This document shows positions 1 to 9,416 of a stretch of 64,000 nucleotides of DNA, piece by piece; positions within the stretch are counted from its first letter, which is position 1; each line of letters starts with the position of its first letter. Under the pieces are notes generated by a model. It did no database searches and was not told the DNA's origin. It saw only the letters and a list, made by a program, of their open reading frames with translations. Source of the stretch: a virus; IMG/VR virus record IMGVR_UViG_3300033562_000245, positions 1 to 64,000 of that record; one strand, written 5' to 3'. Made by a program: the position numbers and the translations under genes.

Positions 1-3
1 ATT

Positions 4-201
4 ATGTTTTATACGTTCCTGGCGTGCTGCTTTATAGCGTCTCCGTATATCGTTTATCGATGTCTCAAATACGGACTGAACGACATTAATCTGGAGAAAG
101 AAACATTCTCTTCGGTTAAACAGTCGATAAGAGACGGGCTAAAAGATAGGAAAATAACCAAGGCCGAGAACGAGTTACGGCGAGCTATGGATAATAAATA
201 A
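4..201 (+). CDS. hypothetical protein with N-terminal hydrophobic segment (may be truncated by the window edge)
   Basis: 65-aa ORF, hydrophobic N-terminus then charged tail; in tandem with the next ORF. Confidence 0.5.
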   Translation: MFYTFLACCFIASPYIVYRCLKYGLNDINLEKETFSSVKQSIRDGLKDRKITKAENELRRAMDNK

Positions 202-206
202 TTTTT

Positions 207-419
207 ATGGGGGGTAGTATGGAAATACGAATTGATGGAAATATGGGGCACCTGAAAGAGGATGTTATTAAAGTTAAACGTAGGATAATGGATTTGAAAA
301 TGATCCTTTTAAGAATACGAGAGAATGAGGAATCTAAAAAAGAAGCCAATGAAATCGCTGAAATCGTAAAGGTTCTAGAGCACAGAGTAGAATCTCTTAA
401 ATTTGTTTATGATGTTTAA
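207..419 (+). CDS. hypothetical small coiled-coil protein
   Basis: 70-aa ORF ending just before a terminator hairpin; the ATG at 219 has a GGGGG SD-like element. Confidence 0.55.
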   Translation: MGGSMEIRIDGNMGHLKEDVIKVKRRIMDLKMILLRIRENEESKKEANEIAEIVKVLEHRVESLKFVYDV

Positions 420-421
420 TC

Positions 422-470
422 TATACAGGGCTCTTAGGAGCCCTGTATATTAATCTATTTATTTTTTTTG
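422..470. terminator. hairpin terminator between convergent genes
   Basis: 12-bp stem TATACAGGGCTC/GAGCCCTGTATA followed by TTTATTTTTTTT. Confidence 0.75.
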
Positions 471-521
471 TGCTAAGGCATGTAAGTCTCCGAATCTTTT
501 CAGATTCGTTCGACGTATATG

Positions 522-2210
522 CTAAGGCATATACGTCATGTTATACAAGGTAAGATCTGTTAGGTATGTATTACCACCAACAGTTAATTTCTTACCTGCA
601 TCTATATAGTAATTTAAACTATTTAGATATTTGACCATTTCATCATTAGCTTCTTTACTCATAACACCTGTACAGTTAACTTGATCCCCGTCATGGTCGG
701 CATCCAATGCTGCTAGTTTAGATGGGTGTAACTTAAGAGCCTGAGTATCGTTCTTACCTACAATCGGATAGTTTAAAACAGGAACGCCAGCAACATCTCC
801 AGAGAATATAGTTCTAAGCATAACTGTTCTTGCTGGGGTTGTAGAAGCTAGTTTGACTTTACTTGGGTACATACTATCAACCCAAGTTACAGGGTAACGA
901 GTAACTAAACAATGCTTGTCATACGAAGACAAATAGGTCGCTACGAACACAAGTTCTTTATAAGTTAAAGGACGTAGTAAAGTAGGATCTATATCCTTAC
1001 CGTGGCTTAATTTATAATACTTCTCTATGTCAGTTTTACTTCTTGTAAAATATATTTCTTTACCTGTATCGTACACTAAGTATAGATAATATTGTTTACC
1101 TTTTATGTCGTATATAGTTACATCGTTTCTTCTAAAAGTTTCATCCTCGAATAGATTTAATAAATCACCCATTCCGGTAGACGACATAAACTTTTGTTTT
1201 TCTTTCTCTGATATTTCTATATATTCTAAATTAAGAGTCTTCTTATTTATCGCAGTAATTTGACTAGACTCTATATTCATAATGGGCAAGAAGAACATGT
1301 GTAATAGTTTATTAATAACCAAGGGCTGAAAAGCTTTAGCGCATTGGTACAAAGGAACAAGAGATTCATCGCAGAATAGGTTAGACGATGATTCTATATG
1401 TCTACCTTCCATTCTTGTTGGTGATATTACATTACGAGTTCCCCACGCGATAGATCTTTTACCGTATTTCATTTCAACGAAGCCGTCGTCTTTTAACATA
1501 CTTCTGATAAACTGATCTATTTCTAGAACTTTATTTTGGATTTTATATCTCAATCCGTCATATAGGGCACTTTCTTGATTACTTCTATCTTTATCTATCC
1601 TAGCTAAATTAACAAGACCTATATACAAGTTATTAATTTCAGGAGATTCTCCTCTGCCATTAACAATCTTATACTCTCTTAAAGCAGCAGGGATTATTAA
1701 CCACCTATCTATTAATAACCTATCGGGGAACTTCTTAATTATTTGTATCTTGTCTTTTACTGTCAAAGATGTAATATTTTCGTTCCATTTGATTTTAGGG
1801 AAATACTTAACGAAGAAAGAAAAGCCAGTATTGGCACCCGCTGTATCGGGAGAGCATTGTACGAAATCACCCTCTATTTCATCGAACTTAGCATATACAC
1901 CGCTACCCATTATTTTGTCATATAAAGCTTTAGAACGAATCATATCTTTATAAACCATCGGATGGAAAATAGTAGTGTTTAACTTAACAACACCGAATTG
2001 AAAGAATCTTTGTTTGGATCCTATTTCTCCGAATATCCTTTCTGAGAATAAACCATCTTCATGGAATCTAGTGGAAGAGGTTGCCATTATAAAAGAAGTA
2101 GTTACTTCTCCTCCTATACTTCTATCCGGTTTCTTAGAATCATATAACTCAAGTTTAATCGGATCTCTTTTAGGTAAACTTTGTTGTATAGGTTGTATTA
2201 TTTGTGTCAT
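522..2210 (-). CDS. rpoC: virion RNA polymerase beta'-like subunit (phiKZ gp180-like)
   Basis: GLFSERIFG, LLIDRWLIIPAALR, VTRYP and catalytic LDADHDGDQVN motifs; 562 aa; near the tape-measure gene as in phiKZ-like phages. Confidence 0.92.
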   Translation of the reverse strand: MTQIIQPIQQSLPKRDPIKLELYDSKKPDRSIGGEVTTSFIMATSSTRFHEDGLFSERIFGEIGSKQRFFQFGVVKLNTTIFHPMVYKDMIRSKALYDKIMGSGVYAKFDEIEGDFVQCSPDTAGANTGFSFFVKYFPKIKWNENITSLTVKDKIQIIKKFPDRLLIDRWLIIPAALREYKIVNGRGESPEINNLYIGLVNLARIDKDRSNQESALYDGLRYKIQNKVLEIDQFIRSMLKDDGFVEMKYGKRSIAWGTRNVISPTRMEGRHIESSSNLFCDESLVPLYQCAKAFQPLVINKLLHMFFLPIMNIESSQITAINKKTLNLEYIEISEKEKQKFMSSTGMGDLLNLFEDETFRRNDVTIYDIKGKQYYLYLVYDTGKEIYFTRSKTDIEKYYKLSHGKDIDPTLLRPLTYKELVFVATYLSSYDKHCLVTRYPVTWVDSMYPSKVKLASTTPARTVMLRTIFSGDVAGVPVLNYPIVGKNDTQALKLHPSKLAALDADHDGDQVNCTGVMSKEANDEMVKYLNSLNYYIDAGKKLTVGGNTYLTDLTLYNMTYMP

Positions 2211-2299
2211 ATTAAATCCTTTATTATAAAAGTATATAAATACTATTGTGTCTCAAATATCCTATAGGATGGTGATAACTTAAAGGAGATCGTAATGTC

Positions 2300-2824
2300 A
2301 TGATGAAAACATTTCAAAATATTCAAACAGTACTAGGTGATGACGGTATAAGTATAGAAAAAAATAATATCACGTTCCAGCCTATAAATAAAGTATCACA
2401 AGAACTTATAGATATGATGATAGATATGGAAATCCTACAGGATAAAATACAAACGCAGAGAGTGCCTGGTTTAGAATTTTTAGAAGCACCTAGAAAAAGG
2501 ATTCTTAGCTATCATAAATTAAATTCTAACTGTTCCGGCGTATCTTATATTAAGAAAGATAACGAAATAATCGGATACTACCAGGCTAACAAGAGTGAAT
2601 TTTATAAAAAAGCTGTGGCGTTGGATGTGCTCTATATAAAAGAACAATATAGAAAACTAGGTGTAGGTAAGATTACTTTAGACCACATTAAAAACGAGTT
2701 TAAAAACAACGGTTGTAAGTTTATTCTTCTTGGGTATTCAAAAGGAAATGATAGCGCTCAACATCTTTACGGAACAAACGATATAAATATAGAGTATGCT
2801 GTAAACGTAATCGGCAGTTTATAA
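2300..2824 (+). CDS. GNAT-family acetyltransferase
   Basis: LYIKEQYRKLGVG acetyl-CoA-binding motif A and GNDSAQHLY motif B; RBS AAGGAG. Confidence 0.8.
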   Translation: MMKTFQNIQTVLGDDGISIEKNNITFQPINKVSQELIDMMIDMEILQDKIQTQRVPGLEFLEAPRKRILSYHKLNSNCSGVSYIKKDNEIIGYYQANKSEFYKKAVALDVLYIKEQYRKLGVGKITLDHIKNEFKNNGCKFILLGYSKGNDSAQHLYGTNDINIEYAVNVIGSL

Positions 2825-2857
2825 TAAAAAATAAACTCTTTAACCCAAGGAACAAGT

Positions 2858-3652
2858 ATGGCCAAGAAATTCACAGAAGAAGAGATAAAAGATTTAAAAG
2901 CTAAGTTTAAAACAATCTCCGAAGACAATCTCTTTGGGGAGATGGATCCTGTACAGAATATGTATGTGGATCTATCTATAATGATAGATTATGAATTAAG
3001 TGCTTTGCTATTGCTATATAACGATGAGAAAGACTATGAATATATAGTAAAACAAGTGAAAGACGTTTATAATAAGTCATTGGATCCTACTATTATTACT
3101 TCTTTTCCTAGATTAGCTATAACTTATCAAGATATAAAGGACGTGTTCAACAATCCTTATTATAATAAAGTTTTATCGTTACAATCTCCCGCTACGAACG
3201 TTAGAGAATTTATTATGACTTTCATACAACAGACGGCAGTGAACGGAGAGAAATTTCGTAAAGATAAAAATGATAAATTGAGTATTGTTTTCAATAACCC
3301 TTTCTTCGAACTTAATGCCGAATCTAAAGCAAGTATATTGTACGAATTAAAAAATATCAATGCCGATATTAAATTCATCCATGACCCAACATACGAAGAT
3401 GATTCTATATTACAAAGTGAATATCTTTTCTTTAATAATATGCTTACATTTAATAAGTCGCTTATGACCAAGAAAATGTTTGATGTTCAGGAATTTATAG
3501 AAAAAACTATCATTATTCCGTATAAATCCGAGACTGTAGGTTTTACTATGGACGACAAAGAAGTTATAACTAAGCTAGATGAACTAGCAGAAAAAATTAT
3601 AGGAAAATTTGTAGACTTTAGCTTTGTCCATAGATTTGTCCTTTGCGAATGA
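2858..3652 (+). CDS. hypothetical protein upstream of tape measure gene
   Basis: 264-aa ORF with RBS AAGGAA; MYVDLSIMID segment resembles a conserved jumbo-phage family (recalled, unverified). Confidence 0.7.
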   Translation: MAKKFTEEEIKDLKAKFKTISEDNLFGEMDPVQNMYVDLSIMIDYELSALLLLYNDEKDYEYIVKQVKDVYNKSLDPTIITSFPRLAITYQDIKDVFNNPYYNKVLSLQSPATNVREFIMTFIQQTAVNGEKFRKDKNDKLSIVFNNPFFELNAESKASILYELKNINADIKFIHDPTYEDDSILQSEYLFFNNMLTFNKSLMTKKMFDVQEFIEKTIIIPYKSETVGFTMDDKEVITKLDELAEKIIGKFVDFSFVHRFVLCE

Positions 3653-3677
3653 ATTATAATCAAGAAGGAGTATCTCC

Positions 3678-6600
3678 ATGACGATAGATGATAGTTGGGA
3701 CAATGACCTATTAGATAATTACAATTTAGAAGATAACATCCCGGGTGTAGATTCTAATATATCCGAAAAGAGAAGGCCTGCCGATGAGGCTGCTTATATT
3801 GCATCTAAAAGTTTAAAAGGTGTTGGTAAAGGTTTCCTACATCAAACCCAGTCTATTGTAAGTAGAAGTATGCCCAATACAACTTTGGCATATAGAGATA
3901 TGAAAGATCTGGGTTCAGGTGCTAAAAGTCTTTATGACGATTTCAAAAGAGATGCTAGTAAATCGGTAGATACGTTCAAGCTAGCAGGAAGAAAACTACT
4001 TCCTAGTGTTAAGAAATTGATACCCCAAGGTATCTATGATAAGTTAGATAAATCTTTAGTTCCTGAATCGACCGGGGCAAAGAATCGTAAGAATCAAGTT
4101 GAAGAAGATAGAGAAAATGTAATTTCTTCTGCTATAGAAGAAACTTTCAGACAGACTCAAAAGATTCAATCAGCAGAACGAAATGAAGAACGTATAGGTA
4201 AATCTATAGATAGGCAATTGTCTATTACTAAATTTACTAAGTCACAAAGAGCTCTAAATTTTATTACAACTTTCATGGGCACTTCTTTCACGGCTTATAT
4301 GAAGAAGTCTATCGAGTTGAAATATAAACATCTCTTTGTTACACAGGATATGTTAGCAACTTCTAGATTTACAGCTCAGCTATTAGAACAGAAACTAGAA
4401 GAAATTAAACACAACACCTCTCTTCCCGACATCGATAAAAGTACAAAGCTAGAAGAATTAAAAATGCGGATGTTTAGAAGAATGGCCGATAACATCGGTG
4501 GTCATTTATCCGGATACGGTGGAAAAATATTAACCAATATTAAAACCAACGTCATAGATAAAGCCATAGGTGGTATTACTACCGCTGCCGAAATGGCTGA
4601 CATGGGTGCCGACCTCGTCAACATGCGAAAAGACATGGGTGATATGGACGGTCCGCAAATCGATGAAAGAGTGCAGGCTGCGGGGGCGGTCGGAGGAATG
4701 GCTGGTGATATCGGCGGTAACTGGCTAGCTAAGAAATTTGCTGAACACCCTCACATAAAAAGAATAGTACAAGCTATTGCTCCTTTCGTTCGTGATTCGG
4801 AAAGTATATTTGCTAATCACCAAACTAAAACCGCTCTTAAAATGAACCAATGGAAGAATGAAAACGAATACGAGGGTGGGTTAAAAGGTTTTGCTGCAAG
4901 TGTTATTCCTGAAATAGAGACGGGTGTTAGAACATCTAATGCGTTAGAAACCGAAGGTGGTAAAAGGGCACTCTTCGATAATATCACTAGAACAAGTATC
5001 GTTGAAATTATACCTGGATGGTTAAGTAAAATATCCAAGGGTATAAACAGTATATTTGCAGGCAAAGAACAAGAAGAAGAAGAAGTTTATGATTTCACTA
5101 AAAGAGACTTTGTAGGTTTAAGGTCTTTTAAAAATAGCATGAGCGAGTATCTTCACGGCAGTAACGACTCTAGATCACGTAGAATGGGCGCTGCTGTCGG
5201 TACAGTAAATACCTTCTATAATAGCAACCCAGAAACAGTAGACTCTAAGATCACGGATAAAATAAACAAGGGTATCGAAAGAGTAATAGTAAATCACGCA
5301 ACCCACGTTGAAGGTTTAATACCTAAATATATTAAACAATGCGCCAATGGCGGATCTAGTTGGTTAGATGAGAATTTTGACTGGAAAAAAGAGATTGCTT
5401 ATGAGAATTACATTCAAGCTGTTTTTAAAGGCGTAGACGACAAAGAAGCTGTTGCTATGGCTTTAACTAAAGCCCTCTATAACGGCGATACTTTAAACGT
5501 CCAGGCCGCCGAAGCTATAACTAAAAGTATCATAGAAGAAATGAACGCCTCTAAATTTAGAGGTAAGTATGAATACTTATTTGACACTCAAGGTTTATCT
5601 CGATTCTTTAAAGAAGATACGGGCAACTACGGTAAAGTAGATTTAAATAAAGTAGTTGATAACAAACTTAAAGGTTTAGATGAAGATCATTATAGTAGGG
5701 GCTTTCATAATAGTCAAATTGATATATTAAAAGGTTCTATTACTAAGTCTAAGGAAAATAGAAATACATTATCAGAAATGGAATCAAGCGAACGTAAAAT
5801 TCCTTATGCTGATAAAATTAAAGACTATTTACAAAAAGGTGTAATAGACGAAGAATCAGCTAGTAAATTATTAGCTTCCGTACAAGAAGCGTATTATCAG
5901 TCTGTCGGTACTAAAAAAGAACCGAAGAAACAGAAAGAATTCCGAGGGGTTAAAAGTAATATCAACATACGACCTACGGAAGATCGTTCTAATCAAATTG
6001 ACTATACTTCTATTTTAAATGATATATCTACTACAACATCTAAATTCCACGAAGACTTTCTTGGTAGTCTAAGTAAAGAAACTTTAGATCGAATAGAAAC
6101 TCCGATTATAGATAGAGATAAAGATCTTTTAGATGCTGTAAATAATTTAAAAGATTCTATAATTCCTGTTATGACGGAGCGTAAAGATGTTGACTATACC
6201 ACCCTTGATTATATAATTCGTATACACGATAAAATACGATCAGGAGAAAAAGCAACTACCGACGATAGAAGGATGTTTACGCATTTAAGTAAATCTAACC
6301 TTGAAGATAAAGGTAATAACTTTATTAGTTGGGTTAAACGTAAATGGAAGAAGACTCCCGATGCTACCGGTGGAGTTCACGATAGAGATGCCACTAAAGA
6401 AGAAAAGTCCGAGGGTAAGAGCGGTAAAGCTGGCGGTATCGGTGAAGGAATAAGTAGCTTTATTGGGAGTCTAACTTCTGGCGGAGGCGGTGCTGGAAAA
6501 AAGATACTTACGACCGCTTTACCTTTTATGTTATTCGGTCCTATGGGCGGATTGTTTTTTCACGATGCTATCAGAGGATTCAAAGGCACCAAAGCTCTTG

Positions 6601-9311
6601 CTAATATAGGTCTCGGTGCTGCCGGTGCCGGTCTTGGTGCCGCAGGTAGTATACTTAAAGCTCCCGGTAAATTGTTCGATAAAGCTAAAGGAGTTTTCGC
6701 TAAAGTAGCGCCTAAATTCTTTGATATACATCGTAAAGATAAACTAGATGTTGGTAATCCTTTATTAAGTGCTAAGAAACAAGAAGATGGTGTTTTCTTT
6801 GCCGACGGCGTTCAGATATCAGAAAGTAAGGATATCGATAAACCGGTATTTAATAGCGATAAAGAAATCTTAATAACGGAAGACGATTTAAAAGCAGGTC
6901 TGGTTAATTCTGATGGTATGCCTATTAACATTATCAAATCTGCTAAGAAAGGTCTTTTTAGTTTCGGTAAAAAAGCTAAGTCTAAGGGTGAGGAATTAAC
7001 AGAAAAGCTTAAAAGCGGAGAATTAAAAGATAAAGCTAAAGCCGAGTATGAGAAACTTCTTGCTTCTGCTAAACAAAAGATGGAGGATACCAAAGGCACT
7101 CCTGAATATGCCCGAGCTAAGGCCAAGTACGATGAATTAAAATCCCAAGCCAAAGAAAAAATAGACAAGGGAAAGAAGTATGCAGGTGATAAATACGAAG
7201 AAGTAAAGAAAGCAGGGCCTGGTCTAGGTGATGTTAAGATTGGAGGTATCTCTCTTAAGACTCTCGGCATCGGTGCTGCTTTTATGGCCAATCCTTTATT
7301 AGGTTTGTTAGCTTTAGGTGCAGGTTCTCAAAAAGTTAGAGGCGGTGTTACCGGTGTCCTTGGTAAACTTAATCCCTTTAAAAAGAAAGACGAAGAAGGC
7401 GAGGATTCTGATTCTATTATTAAAGGCTCCCTAAAAAGAAAAGCCAAATCATATGCTCTTAAACAAGATCAGTTTAAAGGTATAATTAAAAGACTAGATC
7501 AAATAATTACAAATACTAAGGCAAAAGCTAATCGTTTTGATGACAGCGATGGCGACGGCGTTCGAGACGGTAGTTATGCCGACAGACTAAAGAAAAAGGT
7601 AAATCCTTTTAAGAATAAATCTGCTGGCGTAGTTAGCAATGCAAAGAATAGATTAGCCGGTAATGCTGGTATGAGAGATCCTGACGGCACCGAAAGTCAC
7701 AATAACCCGGACGAAGGTGGCGACGGTTTAATGGCAGGTATTGGCGGCGGTGCTATGATGTTAGCCGGAGGCAAAGGCGTCAAATATGCCGGTAAAGGTA
7801 TCAAGTATGGACTGACGGCGGGTCGAGCTATGATGGGTATGGGCGGTGCAACTGCTTTAGGCGGAGGTGCCACGGCGGCCGCTAATGCTGCTGCTTTAGA
7901 AGCTGTTGCTTTGGGAGGCAGTGCACTAACTGCCGGTGGGACTGCGGGCACAGTCGGTGCTGGTCTTTTAGCGGCAGAAACTGCAGGTGTTGCTGGAACC
8001 GGAGCTTTGGCCGCCGGGGCAACGACAGCAGGAGTAACTGCAGGAGGAGTTGCAACGGGTATAGGAACGGCTGTTGCTGGCGTATTGTTATCACCAGCTT
8101 TTCTTATAGGGTTAGGTATCGTTGGTACTGCCGCCATTGGATACGGTATATATAAGTATCTAAAACCTTCCAAAGGTGGCGATGAACTTCTTGCTGAAAG
8201 AATAAAACTATACGGTATCCCTGGAAACGTAGATCCTGATTATGTCAGAAGATTAGAAAGAAGGATTTATGATTTTACTATAGGAGAAGAAGGTGCTCTT
8301 ACCGACAAAGAAATAAATGCTTATATGGGTAGGTTCAATCTAAGAAGTCAAAGTGAAGCTTCCAAAGGACAATTTCTAGATTGGTTAGGTCATAGATTTA
8401 TCCCTATGTTTAGAGGATTTATCGAAGCTCTAAATGCAACAGGAAAGAAGTTCGATGAAATAGATAAAATAGACAACGAAGATCCGGACTATCCTAAAGT
8501 AAAAAGAACTATGATTTCGATGATGAAGGGAGTTACCCTCTCAGGTATCGATTTTAAAGAAATAGGTAAGAATGACTCTGCCCTAGAGAAAGACGATAAA
8601 GCTTTTTCTTCTGGCCCATCCCCTATTAGTGATGCGGGTGATAAAGTTAATAAAAATAGCGAGAACATAGAAAAGAAGACCGGACCTAACTTAGGGCCCA
8701 ATGAAAGTAAGAATGCTGTAAGTACCGCTAATTTAAACAATTATAACCTAGATCCTACAGGTAATCTACTTGACACTCTAGAAAAACATAGTGTTAATCA
8801 GATATTTGCCATCAATGAAGTTAGGGATGAGCTTATTAAGATGAGGAAGATTATGGAAGAAGGAGGCGGAATGGGAGGACCTAAAGACAATAAATCGGCT
8901 TTCGATAAGCTTAAAGAATTTTTGACAGGAAGTTCTACCACTGCCACAGCTGCCGCTCCGGCCCCAACTGGAACCAAATCCGATGTGACCCCTGCGGTGG
9001 TTAATTCTGGCAAAACTTTTACTGCGCCCAAAGCTCTTGAAACGCTTGCCCCAGGAAAACGTGATGTTGGGTATGAGGTCACATACGATGACGCTGGGCG
9101 GCCTGTAGGAAAGAAAAAAGTATCGGTGGATGAAATAATGAAACCGAAACCACCTTCCCAAAAGCCAAAAGTGACGCACGACTCGACAGAAAAAAACAAG
9201 ATCGTCGGTCTGGCGAATAGTCTTGGTAAATTAGTGGCTGACTCTAGAGGCAGTGCTCCACGGCATAATGTGCCGGTGAGTATGAGTAAGCCTGGCGCTC
9301 CTCGCGGATAA
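3678..9311 (+). CDS. tail tape-measure-like protein (phiKZ gp181-like)
   Basis: 1877 aa; helical N-terminus with SIELKYKHLF and TRTSIVEIIPGWLSKI, several Gly/Ala-rich hydrophobic segments, DSDGDGVRDGS motif; synteny with beta' and gp182-like genes. Confidence 0.8.
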   Translation: MTIDDSWDNDLLDNYNLEDNIPGVDSNISEKRRPADEAAYIASKSLKGVGKGFLHQTQSIVSRSMPNTTLAYRDMKDLGSGAKSLYDDFKRDASKSVDTFKLAGRKLLPSVKKLIPQGIYDKLDKSLVPESTGAKNRKNQVEEDRENVISSAIEETFRQTQKIQSAERNEERIGKSIDRQLSITKFTKSQRALNFITTFMGTSFTAYMKKSIELKYKHLFVTQDMLATSRFTAQLLEQKLEEIKHNTSLPDIDKSTKLEELKMRMFRRMADNIGGHLSGYGGKILTNIKTNVIDKAIGGITTAAEMADMGADLVNMRKDMGDMDGPQIDERVQAAGAVGGMAGDIGGNWLAKKFAEHPHIKRIVQAIAPFVRDSESIFANHQTKTALKMNQWKNENEYEGGLKGFAASVIPEIETGVRTSNALETEGGKRALFDNITRTSIVEIIPGWLSKISKGINSIFAGKEQEEEEVYDFTKRDFVGLRSFKNSMSEYLHGSNDSRSRRMGAAVGTVNTFYNSNPETVDSKITDKINKGIERVIVNHATHVEGLIPKYIKQCANGGSSWLDENFDWKKEIAYENYIQAVFKGVDDKEAVAMALTKALYNGDTLNVQAAEAITKSIIEEMNASKFRGKYEYLFDTQGLSRFFKEDTGNYGKVDLNKVVDNKLKGLDEDHYSRGFHNSQIDILKGSITKSKENRNTLSEMESSERKIPYADKIKDYLQKGVIDEESASKLLASVQEAYYQSVGTKKEPKKQKEFRGVKSNINIRPTEDRSNQIDYTSILNDISTTTSKFHEDFLGSLSKETLDRIETPIIDRDKDLLDAVNNLKDSIIPVMTERKDVDYTTLDYIIRIHDKIRSGEKATTDDRRMFTHLSKSNLEDKGNNFISWVKRKWKKTPDATGGVHDRDATKEEKSEGKSGKAGGIGEGISSFIGSLTSGGGGAGKKILTTALPFMLFGPMGGLFFHDAIRGFKGTKALANIGLGAAGAGLGAAGSILKAPGKLFDKAKGVFAKVAPKFFDIHRKDKLDVGNPLLSAKKQEDGVFFADGVQISESKDIDKPVFNSDKEILITEDDLKAGLVNSDGMPINIIKSAKKGLFSFGKKAKSKGEELTEKLKSGELKDKAKAEYEKLLASAKQKMEDTKGTPEYARAKAKYDELKSQAKEKIDKGKKYAGDKYEEVKKAGPGLGDVKIGGISLKTLGIGAAFMANPLLGLLALGAGSQKVRGGVTGVLGKLNPFKKKDEEGEDSDSIIKGSLKRKAKSYALKQDQFKGIIKRLDQIITNTKAKANRFDDSDGDGVRDGSYADRLKKKVNPFKNKSAGVVSNAKNRLAGNAGMRDPDGTESHNNPDEGGDGLMAGIGGGAMMLAGGKGVKYAGKGIKYGLTAGRAMMGMGGATALGGGATAAANAAALEAVALGGSALTAGGTAGTVGAGLLAAETAGVAGTGALAAGATTAGVTAGGVATGIGTAVAGVLLSPAFLIGLGIVGTAAIGYGIYKYLKPSKGGDELLAERIKLYGIPGNVDPDYVRRLERRIYDFTIGEEGALTDKEINAYMGRFNLRSQSEASKGQFLDWLGHRFIPMFRGFIEALNATGKKFDEIDKIDNEDPDYPKVKRTMISMMKGVTLSGIDFKEIGKNDSALEKDDKAFSSGPSPISDAGDKVNKNSENIEKKTGPNLGPNESKNAVSTANLNNYNLDPTGNLLDTLEKHSVNQIFAINEVRDELIKMRKIMEEGGGMGGPKDNKSAFDKLKEFLTGSSTTATAAAPAPTGTKSDVTPAVVNSGKTFTAPKALETLAPGKRDVGYEVTYDDAGRPVGKKKVSVDEIMKPKPPSQKPKVTHDSTEKNKIVGLANSLGKLVADSRGSAPRHNVPVSMSKPGAPRG

Positions 9312-9359
9312 CGCAATTGCTCGATTCCTTTTTGACTATTTACAAATTAATACCTTAAC

Positions 9360-9396
9360 CTATAGTAAGGGTAGGTAAACCCTACCCTTACTATAG
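9360..9396. promoter_or_regulatory. 16-bp perfect inverted repeat, no U-tract
   Basis: CTATAGTAAGGGTAGG-TAAAC-CCTACCCTTACTATAG. Confidence 0.6.
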
Positions 9397-9416
9397 AACT
9401 AATTAAAGGACCGTAC

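Noticed and set aside
6812-9316. Long antisense ORFs inside the tape measure gene (159, 158, 133, 172 aa)
   Set aside because: Shadow frames of Gly/Ala-rich, GC-richer codons; no RBS or recognisable motifs
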